DNA of 64,000 nt from Octopus vulgaris (GCA_951406725.2 OX597824.1:71610001-71674000), one strand, 5' to 3'. Positions 12,601-28,257 are shown, counted from the stretch's first letter. The notes: generated by a model not told the origin, from the letters alone. Numbers and translations: made by a program.

Positions 12601-15015
12601 TCTGTCACTTCTACAGCTGCATCCCTTCTAGAACTCCCCTAGTCACAATTGTTTGTTTTAAATTCTATTACTCCTCACCTACTCCTATTAAACTATAATT
12701 TTTAACCCTTTAGTGTTCAGATTATTCTATCAAACATAATACCTATTGATTCCCATTGATTTGAATTAATCATGCATTATCTCATATCTTCAAGATCTTG
12801 ATGGTGTAATTACTTAATGTAGAATAACATTGTAGGGTAGGTGTGAGGGCCTGGATCTGGTCAGTTTGAACATAAAACAGATTAAATATTTTGGCCGGAT
12901 ATGGCCGGTTTAAATACTAAAGGGTTAAATATGTTACTCAACTCTATACTTCATCAGCTCTTATCAACACAACTGCATGCTAGACACTCCCTGACTTTTC
13001 CTCTTGCTAATGATTACTGAAAATGTTTATAGATATGAAATGACTGAGGTACAAGAGTACCAATTAACATCCTGAGTTACAAAAATTTATTGCAGGCACT
13101 ATGTTGTGTATGTGTGCAATAAGTATAATTCGCTGTACATGTTTCACTTTCCCTAGTTGAGGAATGTTATCTGCATTAGACTAGTATGTTAACCAGATAC
13201 AGAATTATCCTGAATCGAGATTAAAACTGGAACTTAGCTCCACAGCCTATGTGTCTTTTGGGGATTCATGTTCATTTACTGGTTTCAATCAGTGAACTGT
13301 AGCCATGCTGGGGTACTCTCATTTCAGAAATACTGCTTACTGTAAATTCTATCTCACCAACAATGTTACTACCTGCAGCAGTGACTGTACAAAAATCACT
13401 CTGCTGCTCTACAACTGCCCTTATTGTATTTGTTGTTCTTAACTAGCTAAGTATTGAACCTATGTGCCTGATTTGTTTATAGCTAAGATACATTCAGAAT
13501 TATCTTACTAATCTTGTCTCCAGACTATTTTTATGTGCAAGAAGCAGAGGAGGAGACACAGCAACACCGTTGCTTTTAGTGATTCACTTGAGCTGGAGCT
13601 GTCTGGACATTGCAGACAGCATGTCCAGACTGTCATACTGTAGTCTATGTGATATAGATGTGCTGTAGAAAATCTCTGGTTTCAGTAAGATATTTTACCA
13701 TAGCTATACCATTTTTAAAATTGGCCATTGTAACTCAAGATTTTTTTACCAGAAGCATAAAGTCTCAGTCACTGTTTGATGTAATTGATGACTAGCCTAA
13801 GCATTTCTGTGGTCACCTCATGAACAACACAGCTGCCTGTCAGTGTGTGCTATGTACTCTGCAACAAACCATAGGTCTAGTTTATCCCCAGTGGTCAATC
13901 TTTGAGTCACACCAAACTTGTTTGACCAGTGACTTGTGTTCTACTAGTGACTTTTGCTCCACCTGGACTAACCAGGAGTATGAAACAACAATAACTAATG
14001 GTTCCTAAGGTGGATCATTACACCTTTAACTGGGATGAGAAGCATTGGAACCTTTTAACATTTTTGTTACCTTATTTCTATTGATATACACTGCCGTCAT
14101 TTCAATTAATTTTTAAAACAATGAAGAATTTAATGAAATAACTTTGTTCTTGTTAATCTGATGTTTGGAACATAAATTAATATGAAATTTTGATGGGAGG
14201 TTTTGATTTAAATCATTATAAAACAAATTTATCTCAGGCTCGTTGGTGTCAGAAGGGTTAAGAGAGTGAGTGTATCTTAGCCAAAAAATTACTTCTTGTA
14301 ATGTTATCTTCTGTTGTATTGTGGAACCTCAGATATATTTTTATGGTGTGCAGTTATATAATTATTTAACCCCAGGTTGACTTCAAACATTCTATGTGAC
14401 CATCCATTTTTTTTTTTTTCAGATATAGTATATCGTCAACTACATTGTCCAATAATTAGTGTTTTTAATATAGTAGGGTGTGTTTTGTGTGTTGACACAA
14501 AGACTATTATAGTGTACAGACACTAGGAATGTATTTTAGAACCAAATTTGTGATGGCCAAACAAATATTTGGTCATCTCTGTTCTAAAAAATAAACCCCC
14601 CAAAATTGAGTTTATAGGAGAAACTGATAAAAAGGCCAAAAAAAAAAAAATCCCAGACATACTGCAGAATGTATTAGTGCCAATATTTGTCGGTTTCCAT
14701 GTTATACTATGTATTCATGTGTTTAAGTATCATTCCATTGAATGGAAATATCCTCCGGGCTGGCTTGCTGTGTTTGTCACTACTGGGTTGTAACAAAGCA
14801 GGAGTGGAAGATGGAAGAAATTGTGTGTGTGCAGGCATGTAGGAGCTGTGTGATACAGTTAGTTGAAATATACAAGACCTTGTTATTTAACTCCAGAGCT
14901 GGAATTGATTGAGTGGAACAATCATCAAAGGTGTTTCAGCCGTGATCATTTTGGCACACTTTCTTTTTTCAGCCATAGTGTACTCCCAACTACACTCTTC
15001 GAAATACATATTTGC

Positions 15016-15062
<47 letters not shown>

Positions 15063-18000
15063 CATACATACATATCTACATTCATATACTCACACATACA
15101 CACATGCACATATATGATATCATGGTATAATTTTAGGAAGATTTGGCTGCTGTTTTGATCAGGTAGAATGAATACATTGATACTTCCTCGTCTGCTCATA
15201 ACTTATCTAAGCAGCTGGCAAAATAATATCCGATAGCAAATTGGTGTCATACTTTGTCGGAAATGATATGATATCTAGAAACCTCATCATGTGTGATTTT
15301 ACTCCAGGCAGTACTTTTTAGATCATTCCAGACAGCTACTTGTAAAGAATTCTATTACAGATCTTAGTGAAGGAGATGTTCTTTTTTTTTAATTAAAAGA
15401 AATAAAATGTTTTTATCTTTTATTCTTCTCTTTGAATATATTCTTAATATTTTTGCTGTAACTGTTGCTGCTACTGCCACTACTACTACTACTACTACTA
15501 CTACTAACACACCTTTAACATGTAACAATATTCTGTAGTTGCTGTGTATGTAATTATAGGAGATATGTGTGTATAATATATATGTATGTGTGTATGTGTG
15601 CATACATATATGTATATCTCTATGTGTATACATATATATGTATAGTGCGTAAGAGGTATTATCAAAAGGTTCCTAGACTAGTTTGTTTGATAAAAAAATA
15701 ACTTAATTAAACTAAAGTTTAACATCATCTCCTTCAAAATAGTCATCTTGTGCAGCAATACACTGGTCCCAGTGTTCCTGCCACTTTTGGAATCTGGTCT
15801 GGAAATCGTTTTCTGTAAGTGAGTTGAAGACCTTCTATAATTCACTCTGAATCTCAACAGCGATGTTAAAACAGCGACCTTTGAACTTCATTTTCATCTT
15901 GAGGAAGATATGGAAGTCCGCCGGTGCTAAATCTGGTGAATAGGGTGAATGTGAAAGTGATAGCATGTTTTTGGTGAGAAACTCAGGAGTGAGGAGAGCT
16001 CAGCGACAGATTGCATTGTCATCGTGAAGAATCCAATTCTTTGCACTCCACAGGTCTGGTCACTTTCACCAAATGTCCTCCCTCAGATGCTTCAAAACAT
16101 GGCAGTAGAGCTCTTGATTGATGGTCTGGCCCTGGGGGGTTAAATTCTTGATGCACATTACCACATTTCCAGGGGTGAAACTTGTGGCAGGTCTTCCAGA
16201 TTGCTCATCTTCCAAGGATGTTCCTCCGCTTTTGAAGTCTTGTGCCACTTGAAACATTGCATATGATCCATTACCTCATTGCTGTAAGCTTACCTAAGCA
16301 TGCTCAATGTCTCTGTAGCAAACTTCCCAAGTTTAATGCAAAATTTCATGTTGGCTCTTTGTTCCTGTCTTTGATAAAATTACAGACTACAGCATATACG
16401 TGATCACAAAAACACAAATTTCACAACTTGTGAAGCAAACACAGTGGTGTCACTCAGCACACACTTCATGAAGATCACTGGTAGCTCTCACTGTACATAC
16501 GAACATATGCTGCAATCTGTTGGCATGATACAAAACTAGTCTGGGAACTTTTTGACACCACTTTGTATGTGTTTATATACATATATATATATATGCTAGC
16601 ATGGAAGGTGGATGTTAAACAATGATGATGATATATATGTGTGTATGTATATGTCATAGTGTTGCAACTGACCAAGTCAGTTGATTGAAGACTCAATTGA
16701 GGTTAAATGATTCCTTTACTATGGTCTTTTGACGGCCAAATTACTCAACTTTCACTCTCCTTTTCTTTACTTCCTCTCTCTTTTCTCTCTCTCACTTTCT
16801 TCCTCCCTTTCTCAGTCACTGTAGTAAATTGGGCTCTACTCCAGTCTGCCACCTCTGATTTCTTTTCTGTCAAGCCTAGGATATGGCTCTACTCTTGTCC
16901 CATATCATATTGGCTCTAGCACTAATATACCTTCTTGCCTACTGTGCTTCATACACAGACAAACACACGCACATGCAATATCACCCATTCACCTACCTAC
17001 TTGCCTCTTACATTCTTACTATTTTTCTTTCTCTTCCTCTGCTCTCTCTTAGTGCATGTTGTCACCCCATCCAACTTTTCTTTTTCTAGTTCATTCCAAC
17101 CAAGACTTTCTTTCATTCCCACTTGTTCTCCTTCTAATGCCCTCTGATTCCTTGTTGTCCTTCTCTCCATGTTTTTGTTACCTTCTAATTATCCATATTG
17201 TAATCTCACTATTGTTTCCTCAGCTATTCTTACCTTCACTTTCTTGATTCCATCCCCCCCCCAATCTGCCACTCTATCCCATCACATACTGCAACAACCC
17301 ACTTCTAATTGGGAGCTCCTCAACCTGGTCACTCATCTTGCTAGAAACAGCAGCCAACCTCACCTTACCATCTTAAAAAAGAAAACTTTGGATATTATGG
17401 CTCTAGGTATACCTTGAAAATGAGATGGTTGGTCATAACTGGAATGCTTTTAACCATAGCTCTGCTGGACAAGAGTTGTTATGGGGCTAAACAACAACAG
17501 CAGTGTGTTTCAATCCAGCTGCCCAAACCCTTAATCAACTCATCCTCCTGACTGCCATCATCACTTATCATTCAGCCACCCTAATGCTGGCTGTGAATAC
17601 TCTACAGATACATCGCCCCCAACTGCCCAAGCGTGTTGTTTTACCAAGTCAACAGTGGTGTTTTTCTCTTTACTTCTATTCTAGATAAATGTCTGGAAAC
17701 GCTACAATGATTTCAAACGTCTTCACAAATCTATGTTAGCTCTTCATAAGGCGCTCCACCGCAAAGAAGATTTCCCCGAATTTGCAAAGCCAAAATATTT
17801 TGGTAAGAAGCCGTTTTAACCACCTCGTTCTCAAATGAACACCTGCGTGCATGTATGTGAATATATATGTGTGCGTGATTGTGTACTGAACTGAAAAAAA
17901 AATAATAATAATTTTAAAAAATGTAGACAAGACTATAAAATTAACCATTTTGACATCCCTGATGGTGTTTTTGGCACTTACGTACATCTTTACAAATGTA

Positions 18001-21000
18001 CCCTTACTGTCAAAACAGGATAGCTATTTAAATGCAGTTTCTTTATTTTATTCATTCCCATCAACATTTCAGATGCTTTACAGTAAGTTTTGACTTTCTG
18101 TTAAATTTCGAGTGATTGCTGTTTAACATTGCCCTATTTCCCCCATTAAATGTCACAAAAATATCCTAGTTATGACAGAATATCAAATGGAATAATTTTG
18201 TTTTATTATTGATACTATATATTAAATAAAACATGTGGCAGAAATGTAGGGCACTAGTTATTTTTTGTTTTGTTTTTCTCATCACACCCTGGATACATTT
18301 ATCGTTTATCTCTTTGAGGGGTGGGTTTGATAAAATGTATACCAACAAGTACAGAATCTATTTAATTGGCCTACGTTTTCCTCACGAAACTCTCTCAGAG
18401 TTTACACATCAGTATTACATATATACAGTTTGATTGAATTATCCTAGAAACTATTACATTTCTTTGTGCTCTAAACTTTATTGTTGGTTTAAAAATACTC
18501 GTTTAAATTTCTCAGAATAATGGTTGAAATTATTTAACCCCTTTGTTACCATATTTCTGTTGAAATACACTTACTACCTTTGCTTCACTTAATTTCGAAT
18601 ATAATGAAGTGTTTAGTGAAATAAATTTAGTGTTATTAGGCTGGTGTTTGAATTCTAAATTAAACACAAAATTTTTATATAAGGTAATTTTAGAACAAGA
18701 AGTTTGCATTATAGAACATGAAGTAGCCTTAGGCGGGTTGGTATTAAAAGGATTAATTGAGAAATATTTTATTTTAACTTGCATTGATGTACAAAATCCT
18801 TTGTGATGCTTTTTTTTGCATTTTTCCCCACATTCTACATTCAAACCCTACATAGGTCAAGTCTTCTGTTCATTCTTCTGTGAGTGATAGAATAAGAATG
18901 AGTAATTTGTCATCAATTTAATCTCATTTCCCTTCTCCCAGGAAACATTTTTGGTTTTATGCTTAAGCTAGGAATCATTATTTTTAATTAACACTTGATT
19001 TCTGTTTGCATCAGTTATTTTTCATTAATTCTGTTTCCTCATTCAATGACAACCATGTTGTATACGAATGCAGGAAAGGCTTTTTTCCATGAAAATGCAA
19101 TCCACATAGTATTACTTAAGTGAGGAAGTAGAATTAGAAAATATCAGATTTAAGTGGTTACACTTGTCACAATACATTTAAGAAATATATATAAGAAATA
19201 ATGAGTTCTAATGTTTTGTTGTTTTGGGAGAAAATCCATGTATTTTTGTAACCTCATTCTACTTAGTTCTTGGAGGAATATTCTATGGAAACTAGAAATT
19301 GAACACTGCCCTTATAAATCTCTGTCATGTATGAAAAGGTTAATTCTTCAACCTTTTCTTAGACCTGGTTAAAAAAAGCACAGCAATCTTACTGATCTTA
19401 GATGGCTGCAGAGACATGGCCACAGCACCTTCCTCCAGGTTAAACCATTAAAAAAGATGTTGGTCTTTATGCTTGTATGTGTATGTCCATTCTCTTTTTG
19501 TCTTACTCTCTCTTCCTCTTTCTCACTCCATTCTGACTCTCTCAAGCATTCATTCTTGGTTCTGTTTTGAGTTTAGTAAACCCTGATTTTACAACAGTAC
19601 TATTTTTAAATAATAGACCTACAGAAATTCAAATTAAATGGCAATCTGGGGGCAATTGTTGACACAGTTGGTAGAAAATGTAACACAATGCCTTTAGTTA
19701 ACAGTTTAGTTCAGTCCCTCTATGCTTTTAGTTTAAAACTAGTCAGTGTCTGCTTTACCTTTCATCTTTCTACATTTGATTGAAATAAAGTACTGGCCAA
19801 GAACTGGTGGGGGGGGTGGGTCAATATACTTCACTGTTCTCATTCCCCACAAATTTGTGGCCTTGTGCCTATGTTAAAAATTTGCTGGATCATTAGATTT
19901 TCAGACAAAATGCTTTGCAGAATTTAGTTACAGCTCTTTACATGCTGAGTTTAAACCTTGGTCAACTGGGCTATCATTCTTCTGGGGTTGATTCAACTGA
20001 ACCTTCTCCCAAGAGATTTTATGACATGTCCCATTTTTAGAAATCATTAGTGTCATACTCTTTGTTGTCTGTCCCCATCCACCATTGACTCTTTGTTTTA
20101 TCTCCCAGTGAGGGAACGCAGGGTGGGGGTCAGTTGATATGGCTGCTTATCATTGTTAAGTGGTGTATTAGGTTTCTTTATCTCAGTGATTGCCAGTTTA
20201 TTCTCTTTTATCATTAATTATCATTTATTAATTTTTTTTCTTCTCCTTCAATATTCTTTCCATATAATCTTGCAAACTGCTTGCCTTACCACTCCCTTCT
20301 ACTCAGCTCGTGTCTCGCAGGGGTGGGGACCACCAAGGTACCAGATTGTCATTATCTATCTCCTGCAGTTACTACTGATAATTTTCTCTTTCCCTCTCCC
20401 CTTTTCCTTTACTAGAAATGAGTGGTCATGCAGATCCTTGCTCTGCCTCCTCACTTCTCATAGTAATCCCTTCATCCCTGAACATGAAACTGACTCCCCA
20501 CCTCCCCCAGAATCTGTAGTCCTGCAAACCGCATGACAACCTCAATAGTGAAGCTGGCATGAAAATCGCACTCAGTCCATGCTGTAAAGTCTTAGGTATT
20601 AGAAAGGGCATTCAGCTACAGAAACCATGCAAAAGCAGCCAAATGAGCACGATGCAGTCCTATCAAACCATCCAACCCATGCTGGTATAAAACATGTATA
20701 TTAAATTATGATGATGATATTCCACATTTTCTCTCAATCCTTTTATGATTTTAACCCTTTTGTTACTATATTTCTGTTGAAGCACACTGCCTTTGTTTCA
20801 AATAATTTGGAAATAATGAAAAATTTAGTGAAATATTTTTGTAGTTAGTTATTAAACTGGTGTTTGATAGGTAAAGGGGCTCCGAAAGAGGTCTCAGGGA
20901 GTAGCATCCCTGCCTTCCTGAGCTAGTTTTCCACCACGTTTCTTAAAAATTGTGGTAGAGGCTTTGGTCTTGGGATCACTCATGTCTACAAACTGAGGTT

Positions 21001-24000
21001 GGGGGTAAGCAATGGCATGCTTCCCATAGAAAATTCTGCTTCAAAAAAAGCTTCATGATAGCAAAGGAGAATGGGCACCAGCCAGCCCGCCCGCCCAAAG
21101 TTTGGGGTGGGCTGCACCCGCCTACCTTGGTTGCTATGGCATTGAGGTAGATCTGGCCACCCCCGTTAATGGGGACAAAACTTGGATTTAAAACACTAGA
21201 TGATGATGATGATGTTTGGAACATGAACCAACCTGAAATTTTGAGAGTACGTTTTTAGATTACTTTGAAACATGAAGGTGCATGACTTAGTGGTTATGGC
21301 ATTCAGCTTAGAATTGTAAGGTCATGAGTTCAGTTCCCGGTGACTTATTGTCCTTGAGAAAGGCACTTTATTTCACATCGCTCCTGTCCACTTAACTGGA
21401 AAAAATGAGTAGTACCTGTATTTCAAAGGGCCAGCCTTGTTACATTGTGTCATACTTAATCTCCCTGAGAACTTTGTTAAGGGTACACATGTTTGTGGAG
21501 TGCTCAGCCACTTGCATGTTAATTTTATGAGCAGGCTTCCATTGATTGGATCAAACTGGAACCCTCATTGTCATAACCGAGTGCCAATAGTAGTACTTTA
21601 AAACAAGGTTTTTGTATCATAGAACTAGGTGCAGTCTCAGGCAGGTTGGTATCAAGAGTATTACAAAGGATGATTGATTGGTGTAATTTGAGTCAAACAA
21701 AATGCCCTCTCATATTTATTTGCAATCCTTTACATTGTTAGTTCAGTGCTTGCTGAGGTCAACTTTGCTTTTCATCCTTTCAGGGTTGATAAAAATAAAG
21801 TACCAGTCAAGTACTGGGATTGATGATGGTACATTAAAAACACCATTCGAGCATGATCGTTACCTGTTAGCCTTACTAACACTTGTGCTTGTGGCACGTG
21901 AAAAAAAATATTCAAGCGAGGTCATTACTAGTGCTGCTGGGCTGGCTGCTGTGCAGGTGGAACATAAAAAGCACCATTTGAACATGGCCGTTGCCAGTAC
22001 CACCTGACTGGCCCTCGTGCCGGTGGCACGTAAAAACAGCCACTACACTCTCGGAGTGGTTGGCGTTAGGAAGGGCATCCAGCTGTAGAAACTCTGCCAG
22101 ATCAGGTTGGAGTCTGGTGCAGCCATCTGGTTTGCCAGACCTCAGTCAAATCGTCCAACCCATGCTAGCATGGAAAGTGGACGTTAAACGATAATGATGA
22201 TGATGATTTACTCCCTCCCACTGAAATTGCTAGCCATATAACTAAATTTGCAATTATTATCATCATTATAAATAGTGATAAACTGGTAGAATTGTTACCA
22301 CACTGAACAAAATGCTGGTATTTCTTCCGTTTCTTTACATTTTGAATTCAAATGCTGCTGAGGTTGACTTTGCTTTTCATCCTTTCAGGGTAAATAAGTA
22401 TCAGTTGAGCATTGGTGTTAGTATAATTGATTTGCCCTCTTTCCTGAAATTTCAGGCTATGTGCTTATAGTAATAAATGATAACTAATAGAGTACCAGTC
22501 AAAATGTCTTGTGACATTTAATTACATCCTGTGTTTATATCCCACGAGTTGATTTTCATCCTTTGGAGATTGAGAGGAAAAGCACTCGTCAAGCATTGAG
22601 ATCAGTTTTATCAAATAATCCCTCCCATTAAGTTCTAACCTTGCACCTATACTATTGTAATAATAATTATAAGACTAATGATTGTTTACTTTGCATTGTA
22701 AAGAAACCATTAGAATTATAATTGTTAAAAACAGAAGACGGAGGCATATTCTTTTCCCTTTTATTAAACATAGACTGGACTAGTTCACATTGGTGAGTGG
22801 GGAAAAGACAACATTGAAGGAGTGCATCTATCTGTTCAATTGAGACAACCATTTCACCAGTTTTTTTTTTCTTTTTCGTGTTTGTAATCTTGCAGATGCT
22901 AGATAGATAGCATCAAATAAATAACTAGAGAAACAAATAATTCTGCTCAATATCTTGGTTGTAATTGGTACTAGGAGAAAAATTCCACTAGACAATAGTA
23001 AGAACAAGATTCAGTCACTGGAAAAATACTTGTATTGTAAAAATAAACACAAAGGTGAGACTAGGCAAGAGTCTACTGAGGGAAGGACAAAATAAGTATT
23101 TTATATGTTCACTTGAATAAGTTTTGATAACTATCAGTTGATTGTGTATGGATTAGTTCAAGTATGTTAAACATGGGCTAGTTCATGTCAGCAATGGGGA
23201 AAAGACAACACATCTATCTTCAACTGGTTCTTAGTAATTGCTATTGTAGTTATTATAATCAATGGTAAATTGGCAGAACATTATAGTACCATATAAAATT
23301 ACTTGCTCTATTTTAATTACAACCCTTCACATTCTCAGTTCAAATTCCACTAAGATCAACTTTTCTATAATCTTTCCAAGGACATACGAGGTTTGATATA
23401 ATCCACTATATTCCCCACCACCTTTCTCCTTGAAATTCTGTGACCTTGTGCCTATGTTAGAAACCAATATTATTATTATTGAATATGTGTCAAGGTTGGT
23501 GTCTGGTAGATTCAGCAGTTAAAATGCTGATAGCTTCCTAGTTTTCCTGTCATCTGTCTGAGAGTCGTGGTGGAGGATTGATTAAATAAATACCATTAAA
23601 ATACTGGACTTGATGTAATTAGCTGTTCCCTTCTGCTGAAATTTGTAGCCTGATGCCAATGCAAGGAAAAAAAAATGATCATTCAAATTGGCAAAGTGCA
23701 GTGGATTGGTAGAATCCATATATGTTTGTGTAATTTTATTTTGAGTTAACTCCTATCAAGAGTTAATAATTAATTCCTATAAAGTTATAATTGGTTATAT
23801 TCAATTATACCTCTGTGTTGAATTTAGAAATTTAAATGGTGGAGTAACAAAATCATTAAAGTTCTTTATAATGGAAAAATGCTTTTTGGGATTTGTTCTA
23901 GTTCTTTATGCTGTGAGTTCAAATCCTGCCAAAGTCAACTTTCCTTTCAGGGTAGATAAAATAAAGTGCCAATTATGTACTGAGGTAGATAATATTAACT

Positions 24001-27000
24001 ATCTCTCTCCCCTCGGAAATATTGGCCTTGTGCCTTAATCAGAAGCCATTGTTGTTATTATTATTATTATTATTATTATTAATATTAACATGGTGAGCTG
24101 ACAAAATTGTTAGCACATCAGGCAAAATGTTTAGCACTCTGATTTTATGTTCTGAGTTCAAATTCTGCCAAAGCTGATTTTGCCTTTCATCCTTTCAGGG
24201 TTGATGAAATAAATACCAGTTGAGCACTGTGTAATCGACTAGCAAAATTTCATGCTTTGTGCCTATAGTAGAAAAGATTATTAATTATTATGTCTAACTT
24301 TTTCTGTAAATTTCTACTGCACTATGATGTGCATCTCCATCTTCCTGAGGTGTATGCTGCATTGTCTATGGAGTATATTGAATTGTTTGTGCATTATTAC
24401 ATCTGTTTGCTTTGGTATTTTATTTGTTTTGTCATTTCTGCCAATTATTTTAGTGTTTTGTCTGTATGGAGTATATGCAATATTGGTTGCATTAATTTGT
24501 TGGGTGGTGGTTGTTTCATATATGATTGAGATTATTTGTTTTTGTATCAAACTAAATTGCTGGCTTTGTGCCTAAGTCAGAAACCATTATTATTATTATT
24601 CTTATTAAGGTGGCAGAAACTGGCAGAATTATTAGCATATCAGATAAAATGCTTAATAATATTTCTTCCGGTTCTTTATATTATGAGTTCAAATTCTACT
24701 GTGGTTGCCTTTCATCCTATCAGGGTCAATAAATAAGTACCAATCAAGTACCCCCCTCCCCTCAAAAATTGCTGGCCCTGTACCAAAATTTGAAACCACT
24801 ATTATTTTTGAGGCAGTAAGGCTGACAGAATCATTAGTGTATCTGACAAAAATGCTTAGTGGCATTTCTTCCAGCTTTGTAGGTTCTGAGATCAAATTCT
24901 GCTGAGGCCAACTTTACCTTTCATTCTTTTGAGGTGATTATGTAGGCTGTGTGCTGTATGGGTTGTGTTTCATATGTGCTATGCGATTGATGTCTTTTAG
25001 CGTCAGGCATTGATTATATAGTGTGTGCTCTCTGTGGGTTGTGCTATATCAATAGCTAGCAATGTGTAGAATGTGAGAGGTAAGTCATTGATGTCATATT
25101 GTAGGTTTGTGTGCTTTTATTGGATAGTGATTGTAGGGTATGTGTTGCATGCAGAAGGTGTAGTGTTTAAATTGCATAAGATGTACGTTATGCCTCGCCA
25201 AGCTATTTTGGAATGCTCGTAAAGTCATGGGCCCTGCTATGGTTTTTATGCTATTGTTCATATTGCATGTTATTTCTGTTTCAAGTTCTTTTTGGTAGAG
25301 GAGATCAAGATGTCTTTCAACATACAAAATATTTGTTTCAGTATTTCATAATATCTGAATGATTTGCTTTGATCTCATTCCCAGTCTGGACATATATGTT
25401 CCAGATGACTGAGGCCAGCTCATTGTCATGTACTATGTTTTAGTAAACATTTTTACCAATTCTTTTTTACTTTGAATTATCTGTGTATTGCCCAGTGGAC
25501 ATAACTGCCTAATTGAGGTGTCTATAGTTATACTCAAACTTTGCAATAACTTGGCAACCAGAAGTGATGTAATGTCTCATTGTAATGATTGCATAGTCTT
25601 CACTTGATGTTAGCATCTTTTTTCAGTCATCATCATCATCATTTAATGTCTTTTCCATGCTTGCATTGGTCAGATGAAATTTGTTGAGTTAGATTTTCTA
25701 TGGCTGGATGCTCTTCCTGCTGCCAACCCTCACTCTTTTCCATGCAAGGCAATATTTCTTCATGGCCAGACATGTGTTTTCACACAAAAAAAAAAAATTG
25801 GAAACAAACAACACTGCATGTGTGACAGTGAGATTTTGCTGACAATCATTACATGATATCAAGATATACATGCATGGGCTTCTACCAGTTTCAGCCTCCA
25901 AATCCATTCTCAAGTCATTGGTTGGCCTGGGGCTATAGTAGAAGACACTTGCCCAAAGTGCCACAAAGTGGGATTGAATCTGACACCACATAGTTGGAAA
26001 GTATGTCTGTGCTTCATTTGATTTTAGTAATTATTTGTAGCTAGGCATTGGTTTTGTACAGCTAGAATTAAATGTTTTTGCTTTTAGTCCTGAGCATTTG
26101 AACTGTTGACTTTTGCTCTGGCTTCCTTGCTGTTGAATCTTGAGGATAAGAGGCCATAGAATAGTTTCTATACCATTTTTTCTTCAATATGTTTTGAAAT
26201 TCCATCTTAATTTTGTCTTTTTTCCCCCCACCTCTTTTCTATTGTTTTCATCTAAACCTTTTTCTTCAATGTAGTAAATTCCTAGTTTGAAATTTATTGT
26301 TTCCTTATATATTAAAGAAGTTTTTGGGGGTTCTTTTTCATATTTGCTTATGGCAGTAATCAGTTTCCCTTTGATTGCTTCCAAGTATTTTTCTAGTCTC
26401 ACTGTTGTTACTTTGTAGTAGTTTTCTGAGTGGTGCAAAGCTGTCATCTGCCAGGAGCAGGGAATCATAAACAAATAGTAAATGCAGCAACACACTTCAG
26501 TGTGTGCCCTTAATATTACTACTACTGCTCTACTACTACTTGCAGGGTATAGTCTACCTATATGGTGTCTTTAGAATTCTGTTAGTTTTTTCCATTTCTA
26601 CTCTAAGCTCATCAATTAACTTTTAGTTTACTATGTTGAAGCTCTATTTATAGCTGGCATGGGTAGTGTATTTATACTTAACCCTTTCATTACAGTATTT
26701 ATTTTGAGATGCTCTGTGTTTCTTTCAATCATTTTAAATATAACAAAGGATTTTGTAAAATAACTTAGTCATCATTAAGCTAGTGTTTGGGACATAAATT
26801 GTGACTAAGGCTTAGTGGAATATTTTAATTCAAAACTTATGAAAGCAGGACATATTACCACAGAGCCAGAGCCGGTTTTGGCCGGGTTAGTAACAAAAGG
26901 GTTAATATCTTAATTCTTGTATTGAATTCAGATTTTATATTTAGTATGGCTTTTTTTGTAATACTCTTTTAATTTTCTCCTTCATTTCTCTATTTAATAT

Positions 27001-27023
27001 CTTACCAGTTTCATTTACTTCTA

Positions 27024-27077
<54 letters not shown>

Positions 27078-28257
27078 TGGTTCTCTTATAATTCTCTGAT
27101 GTCAGTGTCTGGGCGTTATGTAATGTTCTCAACTTTAGTTAGTTTGCTTTAACTTTTCTTATAGCTTTGGTACATTTGTCTAATTCCATTAAAAAAAAAC
27201 CCAGAAAAATTGAGATTGATAGGATCCATATATGTGTTGTAGCACTTTACATTTTGAGTTTAAATCACACTCAACATTTTTAAGTCTTGGCTGAATTTAT
27301 GAATTGATTTTAGTAGTTTTTTTCCGGTTGTGCATTCACCCATATAAATATCACCATCATAATCATCATCATCATTGTTGTTTTTGTTGTTGTTATCAAT
27401 ATGGTGGCAGAATCGTTTGCATGCCAGATAAAATACTTAGCAGCATTTCGTCCATCTTTGTTCTGAGTTCAAATTCTGCCAGGGTCGACTTCGCCTTTCA
27501 TTCTTTTGGGGTTGACAAAATAAGTAACAGTCAAGCAATGAGATCGATATAATCAACTTGCCCTCTCCCCCAAAATTGCTGGCCTTGTGCCAAAATTTGA
27601 AACCATTGTTATTAACCTAATTTACATCTAATAGTATACTTTATTCATACTCTTTTCTCATCTGTTCCAGGAAGATTTACAGAATCTGTGATTGAAGAAA
27701 GGCGGAAAAGTGCACTTGAGTTATTGAACTTCATAGGACGTCAGTCTCACTTACACAGAACGAAAACATTCCAGCAGTTTTTAGAGGTAATTTTTCTTTT
27801 TTAAAGCTTTATATTTAACTCTTTCAATACCAACCTGCCTGAATCCATTCCCTGCTGGTTCTATGATATATATTCCCTCCCTTTTTTTTGAAAGTCGTTT
27901 ATATTAAAATTTTCCATCATTGTTTCATATTAACTCATATTCCAAACTAGCTTAATAATGACAAAGTTATTTTAATAAGTTTTTCTGTATTTTCAAAATT
28001 TAATCAAAACAAAGGCAGTATATTTCAACATAAATATAACAACAAAAGAGTTAATGTCCACAAATTTGTTTGTAGGCTTTTCATGTGAAGTATAGACACA
28101 GGCATGGTTTTGTGGTTGAGAAGATTGCTTCCCAACCACATGGTTTCGGGTTCAGTCCCACCACTTGGTATTTTGGGCAAGTGTTTTCTACTATAGCCAC
28201 AGATGGGCCAACTGAAGCCTTGAAGAAATTTGGTAGCCAAAAACTGTAAACCTGTAG

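Noticed and set aside
11950-14010. Faint LTR-retrotransposon-like peptide fragments (e.g. PFILTTL, IHLSW)
   Set aside because: Too degraded to support without a search
14863-15633. Several ORFs with YIYIYI or VVVV runs
   Set aside because: Microsatellite translations; the same applies near 29600, 42186, 47726 and 53895
16760-17360. Pyrimidine-rich block with several overlapping ORFs
   Set aside because: Compositional bias reduces stop codons; no splice-consistent exon or recognisable motif
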